From NCBI GenBank assembly GCA_021613535.1, contig CP075492.1, positions 372,001-436,000 on the forward strand: a DNA stretch of 64,000 nucleotides. The letters are read 5' to 3'. The DNA comes from Adineta vaga. Taxonomy: Eukaryota > Animalia > Rotifera. Position numbers and translations under genes: made by a program. The notes beneath the pieces were generated by a model. It searched no databases. It worked only from the letters and a program-made list of their open reading frames with translations, and had not been told where the DNA came from. Below are positions 22,616 through 35,841 of the stretch, in pieces. Position 1 is the stretch's first letter; each line of letters begins with the position of its first letter.

Positions 22616-25600
22616 ATGACTTCCAAATCAATTTTGAAAAATCTTAGTAATATCTCCATTACAAACCGATTCGAAAATGAAGCAAGCAGCAATGGAAAAC
22701 ATTCGAATCGAACAACGTCATTTTTATCAAATACCACTACAATAACATCCAAAAAAGATCATAGTTCTCAAGCTGATGAATTTGCCACTGATGATGATGG
22801 GAATATGAATCATATTAACAATAAATCAAAAACTTCAAAAGATGGTGTCGTTGTAACATCAAAGGATGGTGATTTAAGTGTTACAACAGATGAAACAGTA
22901 GTCGTACAAAAATCAAAGGTGTGACAATATGCCACACGTTGTCCGAATTCTAATTTTTCAATATGTTTATTGTGTTCGGATGATAAAAAAATTTCAACAA
23001 ACAATGGATCAACATCTACGCTACGAAAACATTTGATATCAAAGCATCATTTGCATGAATTAATACTTCCTGATGATAAACGTAAACGTGTTGCATCCTC
23101 AATTAGTGATGAAAAAATGCAGCATTTCCATGAACTTTTCATTGAATGCATAATACGTGATGGGAGAACATTTAACGATCTCCAGAAGATGGGATTGAAA
23201 TTTGCTTTGCAACAAATAATACCAGATTATTATATTTAAATAATTAATCTATAAATATTAAATTCAGTATAAGAAATTGTGTGTTAATTAATAAGCAATA
23301 GTAACGATTATGACATTGAGCTACTTTGTCAGTATTTCTATTTTTCTATCTTGTTTTTGTATAGGTTATGAACCATCCACTCGATATACAGTAGTTCGTC
23401 GTCTGAAGCATCTGCATAAATTTTACTTCAATAAATTATCTGATGAATTAGCATCTATTAATGATATATCGATAACTTTGGATTTGTGGAGCAACAGACA
23501 CATGCGTTCATTTTTAGTAATTACTGGTCATTACTTCCCTTCGAATGATTTTGAATTAAAATCAACAGTTTTAAGCTTCTCAACATTTAATACTCATCAT
23601 AAAGCTGTCGATATTCGTCGAGTATTGGAAATGAAATTAAAAGAACTTAATGTATTACATAAAGTTATTCGAGTGACCTGTGATGGTGGAAAAAATGTAG
23701 TACGTGCAATTCTTGATTTACATTCAAATGTGGATCGTATCTGGTGTATCGCACATCGACTTCATCTTTGTATTACAAATGGATTTGGTTTTTGGAAGGT
23801 GAAAAAAATTGATAATGGAAATAATGTACCAACATTTCGACAAAGTAATCATAACTTTTGTATTTAACCTTTCATCACATGAATAAAACGAACGGATGAT
23901 AGGTGTAATAAAAGTAGAAAAATATTTTATCAAAATTCCAGTGATAATTTTTTTATCCTCATATTTTAGTCAAAATAAAATAAAAATTTTATATTGAGAT
24001 TGACTTATTTTCAAGAATCTTCCGATCTTCTTACTAAAACAGTAATTGAAAAAGCTAATCGATCGTACAATTTTTTATTCTTATTTATCAATATATGATA
24101 CGTAAATCGTTGATGAGCAGTTCACAAAAGTAGATGATTATGCTTCAATAAATGTGAACATATACTTTTCTTTGTCTTAGATACTTCAATTACGACGTCG
24201 AATAATCAACAAAATGGAACCGAAGATATTGCTTATTCAGATAATGATTCTGATACCGATGAACTCGTTGAAGTGAATCCACATTCTTTTATTAACGATT
24301 CAGATAATGATGAAGCAGAAGAACATTATGATTCTGATGAAGAAGATTTATTATCCAATGATAGCAATGAAGAAATTGAAGATAATTGGACAAATGATGT
24401 TGTTGATGCAAGTTTTGATATTGTTTATGAACAAGAACTTATTATAGGTGTATTGAAAAAATGTCGTGCATTGGTATCAATGGTAAAACGCTCAACAGTG
24501 ATCACATTATTCTTTGATACAGAACGAAAAAAGAAAAATATCAAAAGAAATTTATGTAATGATATTAAATCTCGATGGAACAGCACATATGTTATGATTG
24601 ATTCTTTCATAGTTCTCCGAGAGCTTGTTCAAAATTTATTTTATTTTAAACATGATTTAAAAATAATATCAAAACAAATTGAAAAGCTTTCTAGTTATGA
24701 ATTAAGTGGTGATGATTGGAATACGTTAATGGCATTACACTATGTTCTGAAACCATTCTATCATGCCACCAGAGTGATGTCTGGTCGCGAATATCCATCA
24801 ATTGGATTGGCTTTTAATTTACTTATACGTACAAGAAAGGTTTTACAAAATCATTCGTAAAAGGAAAATTTATTTGTGAAAAAACTCAAACAATTATTAC
24901 TCAAACAATATCTTCATTATTTCGAAAATGATCATGAACAAATGGAATTATTAAAAGTGACTAATTATAACTTAAATAACTATTGATACGCATCATTGTT
25001 CTAATTTTCGTCGACGATTTATTTTAAATTACGATTTGTAATTTTTAGTTCCACTCGTACTTTGATCCAGCAGGATATGCAACACTTATTGATAGTCAAA
25101 AACGATCAATAGAACACAACATTAAAAGAATTGTAACTGATGAATTATTAAATGCATCAACATCGATAACAGAAATATCACCGATTAGTTTAACTGCCGC
25201 AATAGCAACAACAACAGGTGAATCACTAAATGAACCAGATTCAACTATGAATTCAAAAATTGCGATGGATATGTTTAATGATTCAATTGGTGAAATTTTA
25301 TACGAAGGAAATCAATCTAATCGACATAAAAAAGCGGTGATCATTGAAGAACTTCACAATTATCGTAAACATGTTGGTCATTTTAATCTAAATCATAAAT
25401 GTGATGCAGCATCTGCAATTAAATTTTGGAAAATATATGGTGAATCAATTCCAAATTTGAAAATACTCGTAAAAAGAATGCTCAGTACACCTGGCACCTC
25501 TGTGCCGAGTGAGAGCTGTTTTAGCATTTCTTCATTTTTGGGTAGGAAAGAACGTGCAGCTCTTAGTGGTGATAATCTTTCTTTATGTGTTTTTCTAAAG

Positions 25601-25618
25601 GACAAAATAAGTTTTTGA
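22616..25618 (+). pseudogene. hAT transposase with BED zinc finger, intron-containing, with premature stops
   Basis: SKV*QY..CLLC..STSTLRKHLISKH (BED), ITLDLWS, VTCDGGKNV, WCIAHRLHL, SRWNSTY, PGTSVPSESCFS. Stops at 22922 and 24858. Confidence 0.9.
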
Positions 25619-25984
25619 AATCAAAATGTTTTCAAAATGTTTTGTTCTTGTTTCTTCTCTCTTCTTCTCTTAAATGCAATATGGACGATATTCACTTGAA
25701 AATTATTTTATCAACCTATTTTATTTTTATCTTTTTATATATCTTTGATTATATCTATTCTATTATTTGTTTTATTACTTCCTACATCTACATTTCGTGA
25801 ATTTCAATTGTTGAAAGACAGATTTCTTTGTCTAGTCCACAACTGTCTTTCTCTCAATTTACATTAAGCCATGTTTTTTGCCGAAGATGTGATAGTTATT
25901 TTTTATAAAATTCTTCGATGATAGTTTTTTTTGTTATTCTAACCATTGTTTACTATACAACGTAGTAAACAAATTAATCATAAG

Positions 25985-26205
25985 ATGTCAGTGAAATCAG
26001 TGTCACTGGCATTATCAGTGCACCGAGAGTATTAGTGCATCAGTGGTCAGTGATACAAAAACACCGGTGTTCCAGTGCTATCAGTGTCAGTCACCAGTGA
26101 GGATCAGTGAAATACTGACAGTGCGCTATCAGTGCACACTGACGATCAGTATCAGTGTAACAGTTTCAGTTTTTTCAGTATTGTCACTGACGCCGCACAT
26201 CCCTA
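25985..26205. mobile_element. Right end of the hAT element (subterminal ATCAGTG repeats and TIR)
   Basis: Dense (a)tcagtg / cactga motifs ending in GCCGCACATCCCTA. No matching left TIR was found. Confidence 0.75.
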
Positions 26206-28010
26206 TTTAATGCATCTCGATGTCCAAAATATTTATCCTGTTCAATAGATATTGGAATACATAATGGTCTTCATTGTTGTAATGGAATTAATATAACTCG
26301 TACAATAATTAAAATGTGGTTTTCACTTGAAAATATTTTTCCAAATATTTTTAGAAATTGTTTTGAAACAACTCGAGATGAAAGAAGAATTCTTTCGAAT
26401 TTACAAAAGAGAAGTAATGAATTACATAAGAAATTTTTATTTGGATATTTTTGTGATGGTCAAGAAGATTTACCATATGATTATTATAACAAAATCGATA
26501 CAGATGAAAGTGATTGTTATTTATGGCCATGTAATAATCCATATACTCGATGTAATCAATATTCAACTTGTTTAAATGGTCTTGATGAACTCAATTGTTC
26601 AGGTAGTCATTGTTCATCTAATGAACTTTTTTGTAAATATAATGGCGGTGCACGACCTCCTGAAAATTATTGTATATCTGTATTAAATTTAGCAGAAGAA
26701 TATATAAATATTGATACAACTAAATATCTTGAACGTATTATACATATAGTTAATGAAACAATCAATAATATGAAAAAATTATTTATTTTGGAATGAAAAT
26801 AAATGTATTACTATAGAATATAATAATAATAATAAAACTCATTCTCTTATTGGAAATAATGATGATGTATGTTTAATACCAAATTTTCGTCGAACTCTTG
26901 GTTTATTACAAAATGTTGTTATGAAAAATGAAAAAAGATTATGTCGTTTTCGTTTTCCTCTTATTCCGAATGATGTACAACGTCCATTTCTTCAATCATT
27001 ACGTTTAGGATATTTTCCATCAGTTATTATTCCGAAAGTTTCTCATCAATCAACTTTAATTGAATTTAATGAACCAATTAGTAAAGATCTTGAAAGAAAT
27101 GATCATAATGATTGGTATTGTAATCGAGGATTTTCTATTCTATATGAAAATAATGAAACAATTCGATGTCTTTGTCCACCAAGTTATTTTGGTTCACAAT
27201 GTCAATGGCAAAATCAACGTATTAGTTTAACAATTCAATTAAAATATTATAGTTTTATATATGAAATGCATATATTTCAAGTTATTATTATGCTTTTAAA
27301 TGATCAAGGAGATATTTTACCATATTATGAACAAATAATTTATGTACCTAAACGTGATTGTGGAATAAAATATAATTTATATTCACTTTATCCTAATCGT
27401 CCAAAAAATATTTCAATAAATTATTCAATTCGTATTGATATTTTTAATCGAATAACATTAACATATTGGTCAAGTTAGTATTTATCAATTTTATTTCCAT
27501 TTTTACCTATTAATCGAATTTCAACACATTTATTAATACCTTTAAATCCTCAACAAATAGAATTATCATGTTCATTATCATGTGGAAATTATGGTAAATG
27601 TATAAAATATATTAATAAAAATTCATCCTATTTTTGTCAATGTAATTCAGGTTATTCGGGATTAAATTGTCAAATAAAACATAATTGTTCTTGTTCATTT
27701 GATTCATTTTGTGTTAGTTCATCAATTTGTATTTGTTCATTATATAAATTTGGTGAAAAATGTTATTTAAAACATACAATATTAATATTTATTTTTGGAT
27801 TTATTAATGGATTATTTTCTATTACAACATTTCGTATGAAACAAAATCAAATTATTGGTTGTGGAATTTATTTATGAATATCTGGATGGATTTCTATTTT
27901 AATTATATTTCTATTATTAATTAAATATATTCATTTAATTTTATCACAAATGAATATTTATAATAATCGTTTTATTTTAAATTTTAATTGTATTTTATTA
28001 GATATGTTAA

Positions 28011-31000
28011 CCCTTTACCCCCCACCACTAATCCAGAAGAGCTGGTATTAATTTGACCATAGCAATAAATAATAGAAGTGCTCAATATAACACTGGTACC
28101 ATTGAATTTAAGTGAAGCTGTTTCCCTGTGGAGATATAGAATGGGTCATTTTTGACCCATTAGTCTTGAATGACATAAAAACTGGAATTTTTATTAGTCT
28201 GTTTCTTTTTACGATTATTCCAAGTTGTTGGCTTTTCTACCTAAACAAATGTAGAATTTTCTTCATATTACGAACTGCTTCCAGGAAAAGAATTCTTTTT
28301 CAGAATAATATACGCTAAGTTTAATTTTATTACAATGAAAATTTACAAGAAAAAAATAACAACAAATCAACATCAATCTATCATATATATATATATATAT
28401 TTATTTATTTTTGCAATGATAAGTTTTAAAGCAATTACGTGATGCATTAAGACATAGATGTACTTGACATTTAGAACAATATGTGTTTGTCTTCATTGTA
28501 CAATCTTCATTTTTACATCGAAGTCGTAAATTTTGCTGAATTTGTGGCCAATGTTCTATTCCATCAAAACGAGTGTCATTTGAAATAATCGAAGCAATTT
28601 CTCTTTTTCTTTTTTACGGTGGACTAGCAATACTTTCGTCATCATCTGATTCTGAAGATTGATTTCGTGTTGTTGATTGTTTTGATATTCGACGTTCAAT
28701 AGTTTTTGGTTCACACAACATCAGCTTGCCTATTGCCATTTTAAAATAAAATAAACGAGTACATCTCCAATTAGTATTATTATTTGACATATGTTTCCAT
28801 AAAATCCAAGCATTTACCACCATTAAATCAAATATTCTCCATGCAATAGATATATACCATTTTTTTGATCGAAATGGTATAGGATGTAAAGCACATAACA
28901 TGTCAACTTTATCGACTCCACCCATATTCGTATTATAAGCTTTAACTATTTGTGGTGCATCAACATCTACCTTTCGATTTTCTTCTTTACTCCATCTTGA
29001 TAATTGAATAATAGGATTAATACCAACTGAATTTGATCCCATTAATACACGTTTACGGTCTTTCCAAGCAACTACAATAACTTTTTGATCCTTCGACACC
29101 AAATAATCAAAATAACCTCTTGGATATTTTTTCATCAGTTTTCCTGATTTAATTGGACAATTTTTAATACGATTTGCTCTCAATGTACATGTTAATCCAT
29201 AACCATATTTATTCATATCATATAATAAGACTAATGAACCAAAATAATTGTCGATGAAAATATGAGACCCTTTTGGTACATTTTCTAAGAAATCAATAAC
29301 AACCATTCCTGATTCACCATACCGTTTTACCTTATCATGTTCTTCATCTAATTTTGCATTTACTTCATTGATTCGATGTTTTAAACGTGTTTCAAGTGTA
29401 GATGAATCTGTCGTATGACGAGGTTTTTTGTTGTTGTGTAACATCTTTACGTTCACTAGCACCACGATATAATTTTATTTGATATGTATATCCGGAAACA
29501 CCAGATAATGACCAAAATTTAAAACCCCGCTTTCGAGGTTTTTTTGGAAGATATTGTTTATAATGTTTTGGTGCTGTTGTACCTTTAAATCCTATCATTT
29601 GCTCATCTATTGAAACATATTGTTCTTGTTCTACTACTGAATTGCATTGAATATTGAAGAATTGAATCAAAGGTTGTATTTTATCACTGGGTTGTGCTTG
29701 AAGAATGTTATCACCAAAATGTAATGAACGTAACAGTTCATTAATACGATTTCGACTTATGTTCTTCATGACGATATCTGCACCAAACGAAGCTGACCAA
29801 TAATCAGATTTACATGGTAATTTACATAATGATGAATAGAATAAAAAACCAATCAAACGATAAAGATCTAAATTATTCATAGGTTCTTGTTTGAAATTGT
29901 TTTGTGTAGCATATAAATTCGATTGTTGAACGATGTATTCCACAATTTCTTGTGTTAAAAATAGGTTGAAAAAATCATATGGTGATGGATATTTTGGTAA
30001 ATGTATGTCACTCTTTAACATAAACTCTTTGTCAAAAACAAGTACATCTGGTTCAAAATTTGTTTTTCTTGACCATTCAATATTTTTATGATCATCTTCT
30101 AACAGTTCCTTATCAATATCATTTATATCAATATTATTTAAATCAATATCACTACCACTAATTTCTTCTTCTGAATCACTTTGCATTTGATCATGAATAT
30201 CATAATCTTCATCATCTTCTGAATTAGAAGTCGATAGGTTAGCTTCATCACCTTCACTGTAATCACCATCAGTATTCAGACAATATAAAATATCTGAATC
30301 TGATGAATCTGTTGTATTAGTATTTTGAGACATTATCAGAAAAAGAGAAAAAATAGTATTCTAAAAGAAAGAAAATACAGTAAAGTGAAATAGTAGCTAG
30401 ATCGTGTTTATTAAATGTATGCGATGCAAATGAATAAAGTTGTTTTATTGAATAAACGCTGTATGTTTATACAAAAAGAAAAAGAGAAGGGAAAGGATGA
30501 CGAGAAAAATCTGCGATTTTATGCTTTTCGTCCAAATATATACAAAGAACTCACTTAAACAAGATGAAAATAAAGGAAAGAAAAGTGCTTTTCTTTGGTT
30601 AGTCAGTCGTGTCATCATACAAACTATGTATACTTTCAATTAAAGTCGAGAACGAATTGTTTTTTCGCTAATTATTAGTAATAATACATGTTTTTAGTAT
30701 GAAGAGGTTATTAATAATAAGTTTATATTGAAAACCAATCATCGGCACAAAAATCCAATTTTAACGTCATTCACGACCAATGGGTCATTTTTGACCCAAT
30801 GTGTTTCAACCAATGGTGTTCTCTCGAATTAAATGAATCTTTTTTTAATTGTATATGTATAAAGACATGATGACCTTCGTAATATATATCAACCATTCAA
30901 ACAAGAAAAGGATCAACTCGTTAAAAGATGCTATATAAATAAATGAATAAATTGAAATTTTTCACTTTTTTGAAAAATCATGATTTTGAGGCGCTAATAT

Positions 31001-31159
31001 CTTAACGAAAGAACAACAAAAAAAGTTTAAATTTTTAACAATTTATAGCTTATTGAGTGCTCTGCGCAATATCCCAAAACCACTGTGATCCCGTATTTGA
31101 TTGGCTCAAACAGACAGTTTTTATGAATGGGTCAAAAATGACCCACTGGGGGTAAAGGG
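28011..31159 (-). mobile_element. piggyBac transposon
   Basis: TTAA TSDs (28007-28010 and 31160-31163), TIR CCCTTTACCCCC, and internal palindromes TGGGTCA-N-TGACCCA at about 28142, 30781 and 31128. Confidence 0.97.
28401..30333 (-). pseudogene. piggyBac transposase (frameshift at about 29440, stop at 28614)
   Basis: SIDEQM, FIDNYF and MGGVDKVD (DDD). Read-through of the stop gives the C-terminal Cys-rich domain RCKNEDC..CSKCQVHLCLNASRNCFKTYH. Confidence 0.93.
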
Positions 31160-32140
31160 TTAATTAAAATACTTTTAGCAGTAAATGATTGGCTTGATGG
31201 ATGTATTTCTATTGAACGTATTATAACAATTAAACAAGGTATTAAATTTAATCAAAATCAAAGTAAAAAAATAACTAAATGGATTATTATTTTTGTTTTT
31301 CTTATTACAATACTTAGTCATATACATGATCCATTTCATCGTCAATTAATTGATGATATTGATATTGATGAAAAACATATTTGGTGTATTGTTCAATATT
31401 CTTCTAGAATTAATAAATATAATTCATTTATAACATTATTTCATTTTTTAATACCATTTACAATAAATTTTATTTCAACAATAATAATAATAATAATATT
31501 ATTAGCTCATCATCGTTCAACAATTCAACCAAGATTATCTTATATTGAACATTTAAAAATACAATTTAAAGAACATAATCATCATTTTATAGCATCATTA
31601 ATATTAGTTATATTAGGATTACCTCGTCTTATTATATCATTTATAAGTGGATGTATGAAATCACCAAATTATTCTTTCTTATTTTTATCTGCTTATCTTC
31701 TTTCATTTTTACCATCAATAATGACATTTATTGTTTATGTATTACCATCAAAAACATATAAAAATCAATTTAATACTATTGCTCAAAAGACATGTCAACG
31801 TTTTCATATTCATATATGATCACTATATATAGTCTTAAAAACTTTCTAACTTTAATGAATGTTCTAATTAAAAATCAAGTATTAAGATATTAGTTACTTC
31901 ATTTTAATATAATCTTTTTTGTATTGTATATCGTATTATATTCTTTAATAAAAAATGTTCGTAAAATTCTGTGAAGTAGCGATGTTCAACTACTTGATTG
32001 ACAATAATAGACGAATACTATATCGATATGTGCTTGATGTACACAAAAGCGTTTTATTATTTAGAAACATCGGGTTTATATAGGTTTACGAAAAGATCAG
32101 AAGACTAGAGAATACATATGACGCATAGAGAGAGCATGAC

Positions 32141-32195
32141 GTGGGTGTGGGTGTGAGTATCTCACTTCTCTTCACACCTACACCCACATCCTCAA
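32141..32195. repeat. Telomere-repeat hairpin element
   Basis: gtgggtgtgggtgtga-gtatctcacttctct-tcacacctacacccacatcctcaa. Confidence 0.85.
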
Positions 32196-32433
32196 CTAAA
32201 TATACTTTATCCACCTAATAATTCAGGTTCTCTATTTTGGTTTTATCCTTAATTCTACGTTTACTTTTATTGTTGATTATCTGATTAAATTCGCTTCTGT
32301 ATATCAATTGGATGATAGATTTGAAGTTATGAACGTAATTATTATTAATCATTAGTTTATTTTATTATGTTGAAATAAAACAAAGAATAATAAAAGACAC
32401 GGCTAATCGATCTTTACTTTCATTCCCATTCTT

Positions 32434-32832
32434 TTATTCAAAGTTTTCATCATCAATTTCCTCCGTGATCAATTCTGATTGAATATTCGAACCATTCAAA
32501 TTGCAAAGAGTTTCTTTCAACATTTGTTTTAGTTGTTGTTCTGTAATTGATGCTTCATCATATATTTTTTTTAATAACTCATGTTTACGATTTGTTTGAA
32601 CATTTTCTGTTATTTCTAAAGAAGAAAATTTATATATTGAAATATTAAAATAATCTTTACCATTGTTTTCTTCTTGTAGAGTAATGAGAAGTTCAACGGA
32701 TTGTTGCATTTCTCGAAAGTTAGAAGTAGGAGGTTTAACATTCAAAAACAAACGTAATGCTTGCTGACAATTTTGTTGACCAATTGTATTTTCAGTCATG
32801 GAATTTTCGCCAACCGTCTTCCTTTTCTTCAC
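32434..32832 (-). pseudogene. Unassigned coding fragment, probably two exons
   Basis: Protein-like ORF with an apparent in-frame GT-AG intron (about 32616-32659). No clear start and no recognised family. Confidence 0.3.
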
Positions 32833-33027
32833 TTCATATTGATTTGAGATATAGCTGATCGCTTCTACTGAAAAGATTCCAGAATCTTGTGGAATTTATC
32901 CAGAAAGATAATAAAATAAAATTCGCGATTTTAACGCACAACGTATTATCTGTCGCATGAAGAACTGATGTAGAGGTTTTCATTCAATCTTCGTCTCTAC
33001 CACATCTATTTACTTCTTTACACATAG

Positions 33028-34526
33028 ACACTGACCACGTTGGATCTTTCTCAAGAAGATATTGGCGACGCTCATACACAATATCTTGCAATTGGTTTAA
33101 GAAATAACACGGTGATTCTTATCCTATTTCATGATCTCTCCTATCTTCCTCGTTCTTTCACATAGACATTGACCACAATGAACCTATCACGCAACCAAAT
33201 TGGGTATGTCGGGGCTTAACATCTTGCTGATGCTCTAAGATACAACAAGATTAATCTCTTCATTGTTCGTCCCAATTATATTCATTATCTTTTCTAAATA
33301 CAGACACTGGCCATACTGGATCTAAGTTGCAACCAAATTGGAGCTGTGGCAGTACACTATCTCAGTGAGGCCCTACGGGCTAATAATGTGATTCTCATCC
33401 TATCTCCATCTCTCTCTCGTTTATTCAGAATTTTTTTCATGCATAGTCACTCACCGTATTGGATCTCGGTAGCACTTGGCTTGGAAACAAAAATTATAAA
33501 ATCGGAGACATTGGAGCACAATACCTCGTCAGTGCCTTACAGGATAACAAGGTAGCTCTGGTTCTTTTTTTCTCTCATATACACATGTTCTTTTCTACAT
33601 ATAGACACTTACAGTACTGAATATTGACTATAATGGAATCGAATTTACTGGAGCACAACATCTTGCTGCCGGTTTACGACATAACATGGTGATTATCGTT
33701 CTATTTTCATCTCGTCCAACTTCGTTTGTTCTATCCATAGGCACTTACTACATTGAATTTTGATGGCAATTCTATCGGAGATGTCGGAATACAATATTTT
33801 GCTGATGCTTTAACAGCTAACAAAGTAGTTCTCGTCCAAGTTTCACACCGGTCGTATCAATGATCTTCTTTACACGTAGGCACCCACCACATTTAGTCTT
33901 TATCGAAATGACATCGGAAAAGCTGGAGCACAATATCTTGCTGATGCTCTAATAAATAATACAGTGATTATTATTCTATTTTCATCTCAGAAATATTCAT
34001 TTTATTCTCTATGCATAGACACTAACCACATTGGATCTTGATACTAATGAGATTATGGCTGATGGAGCTCGATATATTGCTGATGCACTACGAAATAACA
34101 GAGTAGCTCTTATTCTAATTCCATTTTCCTCGTCCTTACCGTCTTTTCTAAATATAGATGCTTACTACACTGAATATGTCAAACAATTCGATCGATGCTA
34201 ATGGAGCACAACATTTTGCTGATGCTTTAAGAAAGAACACAGTAACTTTTATACGAATACCATCTATCTCGTATTAGTCGCTTTCTGTACACGTAGACAC
34301 TCACCACACTGATTCTTGAATCAAATAAAATCGAAGATATCGGAGCAAAACGCCTCGCTGACGCCCTAAGATATAACACAGTAAGTTTTATTCGATATTT
34401 TCTTGTTTTTGTATCGGTGTCATTTTCCACATGTAGACAATCGAGACTTTGAAGATCTTTCTATTGAATGGCATTTCTTCGGATGTGCAAAAAGAATTGA
34501 AAAGACAAGATAATAGAATCAAGTAA
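33028..34526 (+). pseudogene. RNI/NLRC3-like LRR gene: ten single-repeat phase-0 exons plus a terminal exon (status uncertain)
   Basis: Exons 33028-33111, 33166-33249, 33304-33387, 33447-33551, 33605-33688, 33741-33824, 33880-33963, 34019-34102, 34158-34241, 34297-34380 and 34437-34526. Each encodes TLTTLDLxxNxIGDxGAQYLADALRxN. Exon 2 has a TAA and a lost donor. No intact start exon was found. Confidence 0.9.
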
Positions 34527-34782
34527 TTTGTTTATTAATTAATATTTATGATGAATAATAAAGTGATTCCAAGCTAGTTTTGTATTTGATTTATTTTATT
34601 CAACATACGTGATGAAAGAGATCTTGAATAGAACGAGTAAATGACTCGCTTTATCCTCGACTAAATCATTAAAATAAATGAATATTAAAGAGTGCACTGT
34701 TGAAAATATCACTGCTAGCGAAAAATATACAATCTATATTCGAAGCAGCTAGTCGCGAATATACCTTTATTGAAGTATCAAG

Positions 34783-34829
34783 CTTGAGGGTGTGGGTGTG
34801 GGTAATAGTTGTGTCTGACACCCACGCTC
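34783..34829. repeat. Telomere-repeat hairpin element (spacer class B)
   Basis: cttgagggtgtgggtgtggg-taatagttgtgtctg-acacccac; reverse-complement relative of 4509-4568. Confidence 0.85.
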
Positions 34830-35728
34830 TGTTTATCATTGTGAATTTTCAACTCACGTTTTTTACTCATTTTTGAAATAAACAGAATGAAATAAAATAT
34901 TGTCTACTATTTACATATTCACAAAAAATACGAATGATGAAATACATATCGAAACATGATGATACAGTATGGAATCTTCCCCAATAAAGAACACGCAATG
35001 GTTATTCTCGTCTTTAGAATATCAATAAACCATTTTGACAAAAAAAAGGAAAATAATATGTATAGATGAATCACGTCCGGTTGCTCTTTTACTACTGATA
35101 AACGAGAAAATCCAGACGATATTAGTTTATTCATATTGAGTGAACCATATCGCTTGGATAAGAACTATTGATTATACTAGATAGACATGTTCATTATCGG
35201 AGAATATTTTTCAATCAAGAGAAGCAATTAATATTAGGAATCATTTCAAAATAAGAAAAAAGAGGAAAAACTCTTTCTGCATCTTTATTTACGAAGAATA
35301 TGAATTTTGTTGTAATGACAATCGATAAATTACCTAAAATTTGATCTCTAACATCATTTAGAAGTCTGTTAAACTATTCTTAATTATAGAAATAATTCTA
35401 TACATTATTGCTGAACACAAATGGATCCAATCTCAATATAATCTTAAAATGTATTCGATTGATATTTTCAGATGATGAAAATAAAAACAAGAAGATCATG
35501 TTTGAATAATGATTTATTGTCTTATCTTATCTAAGATATATATTTTGAATTAATAAGATGAAACAATTCTATAGATATAAAAATATCAATCAAGAAAGAT
35601 TACTGCGATACTTCAACGTATTGCAACGGAGACCGCTGGTCTTATATAACTCTATACTATCGAGAACAGATTGAAATTATTGATCCAATGCAAATTATTC
35701 GAGTGGGTACTATTTTTAGTAAGAAAAT

Positions 35729-35752
35729 CTTGAGGGTGTGGGTGTGAGTATC
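35729..35752. repeat. Half copy of the telomere-repeat element
   Basis: cttgagggtgtgggtgtgagtatc. Confidence 0.7.
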
Positions 35753-35841
35753 GTTTCAAGTTCTAATTTTTTTTTCTTATCATTATTTATGATTGACAAA
35801 AAAAAATTAAAATAATTATAGTTTTCAAAAGTTCAGAATAT

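Larger units (their letters stand above)
26206..31819 (+). pseudogene. LDLa/EGF-repeat rhodopsin-class GPCR pseudogene, 5'-truncated at the hAT end and split by piggyBac
   Basis: CLNGLDELNC and CLCPPSYFGSQCQWQNQRISLT. TM3 DML|IKILLAVNDWLDGCISIER is continuous across the TTAA insertion. Stops, frameshifts and an internal deletion at about 27775. Paralog of 54276-58967. Confidence 0.9.

Noticed and set aside
33028-34436. Regular ~139-bp periodicity resembling a CRISPR or satellite array
   Set aside because: Explained by LRR exons with AG/GT splice sites; no cas genes, and the context is eukaryotic.
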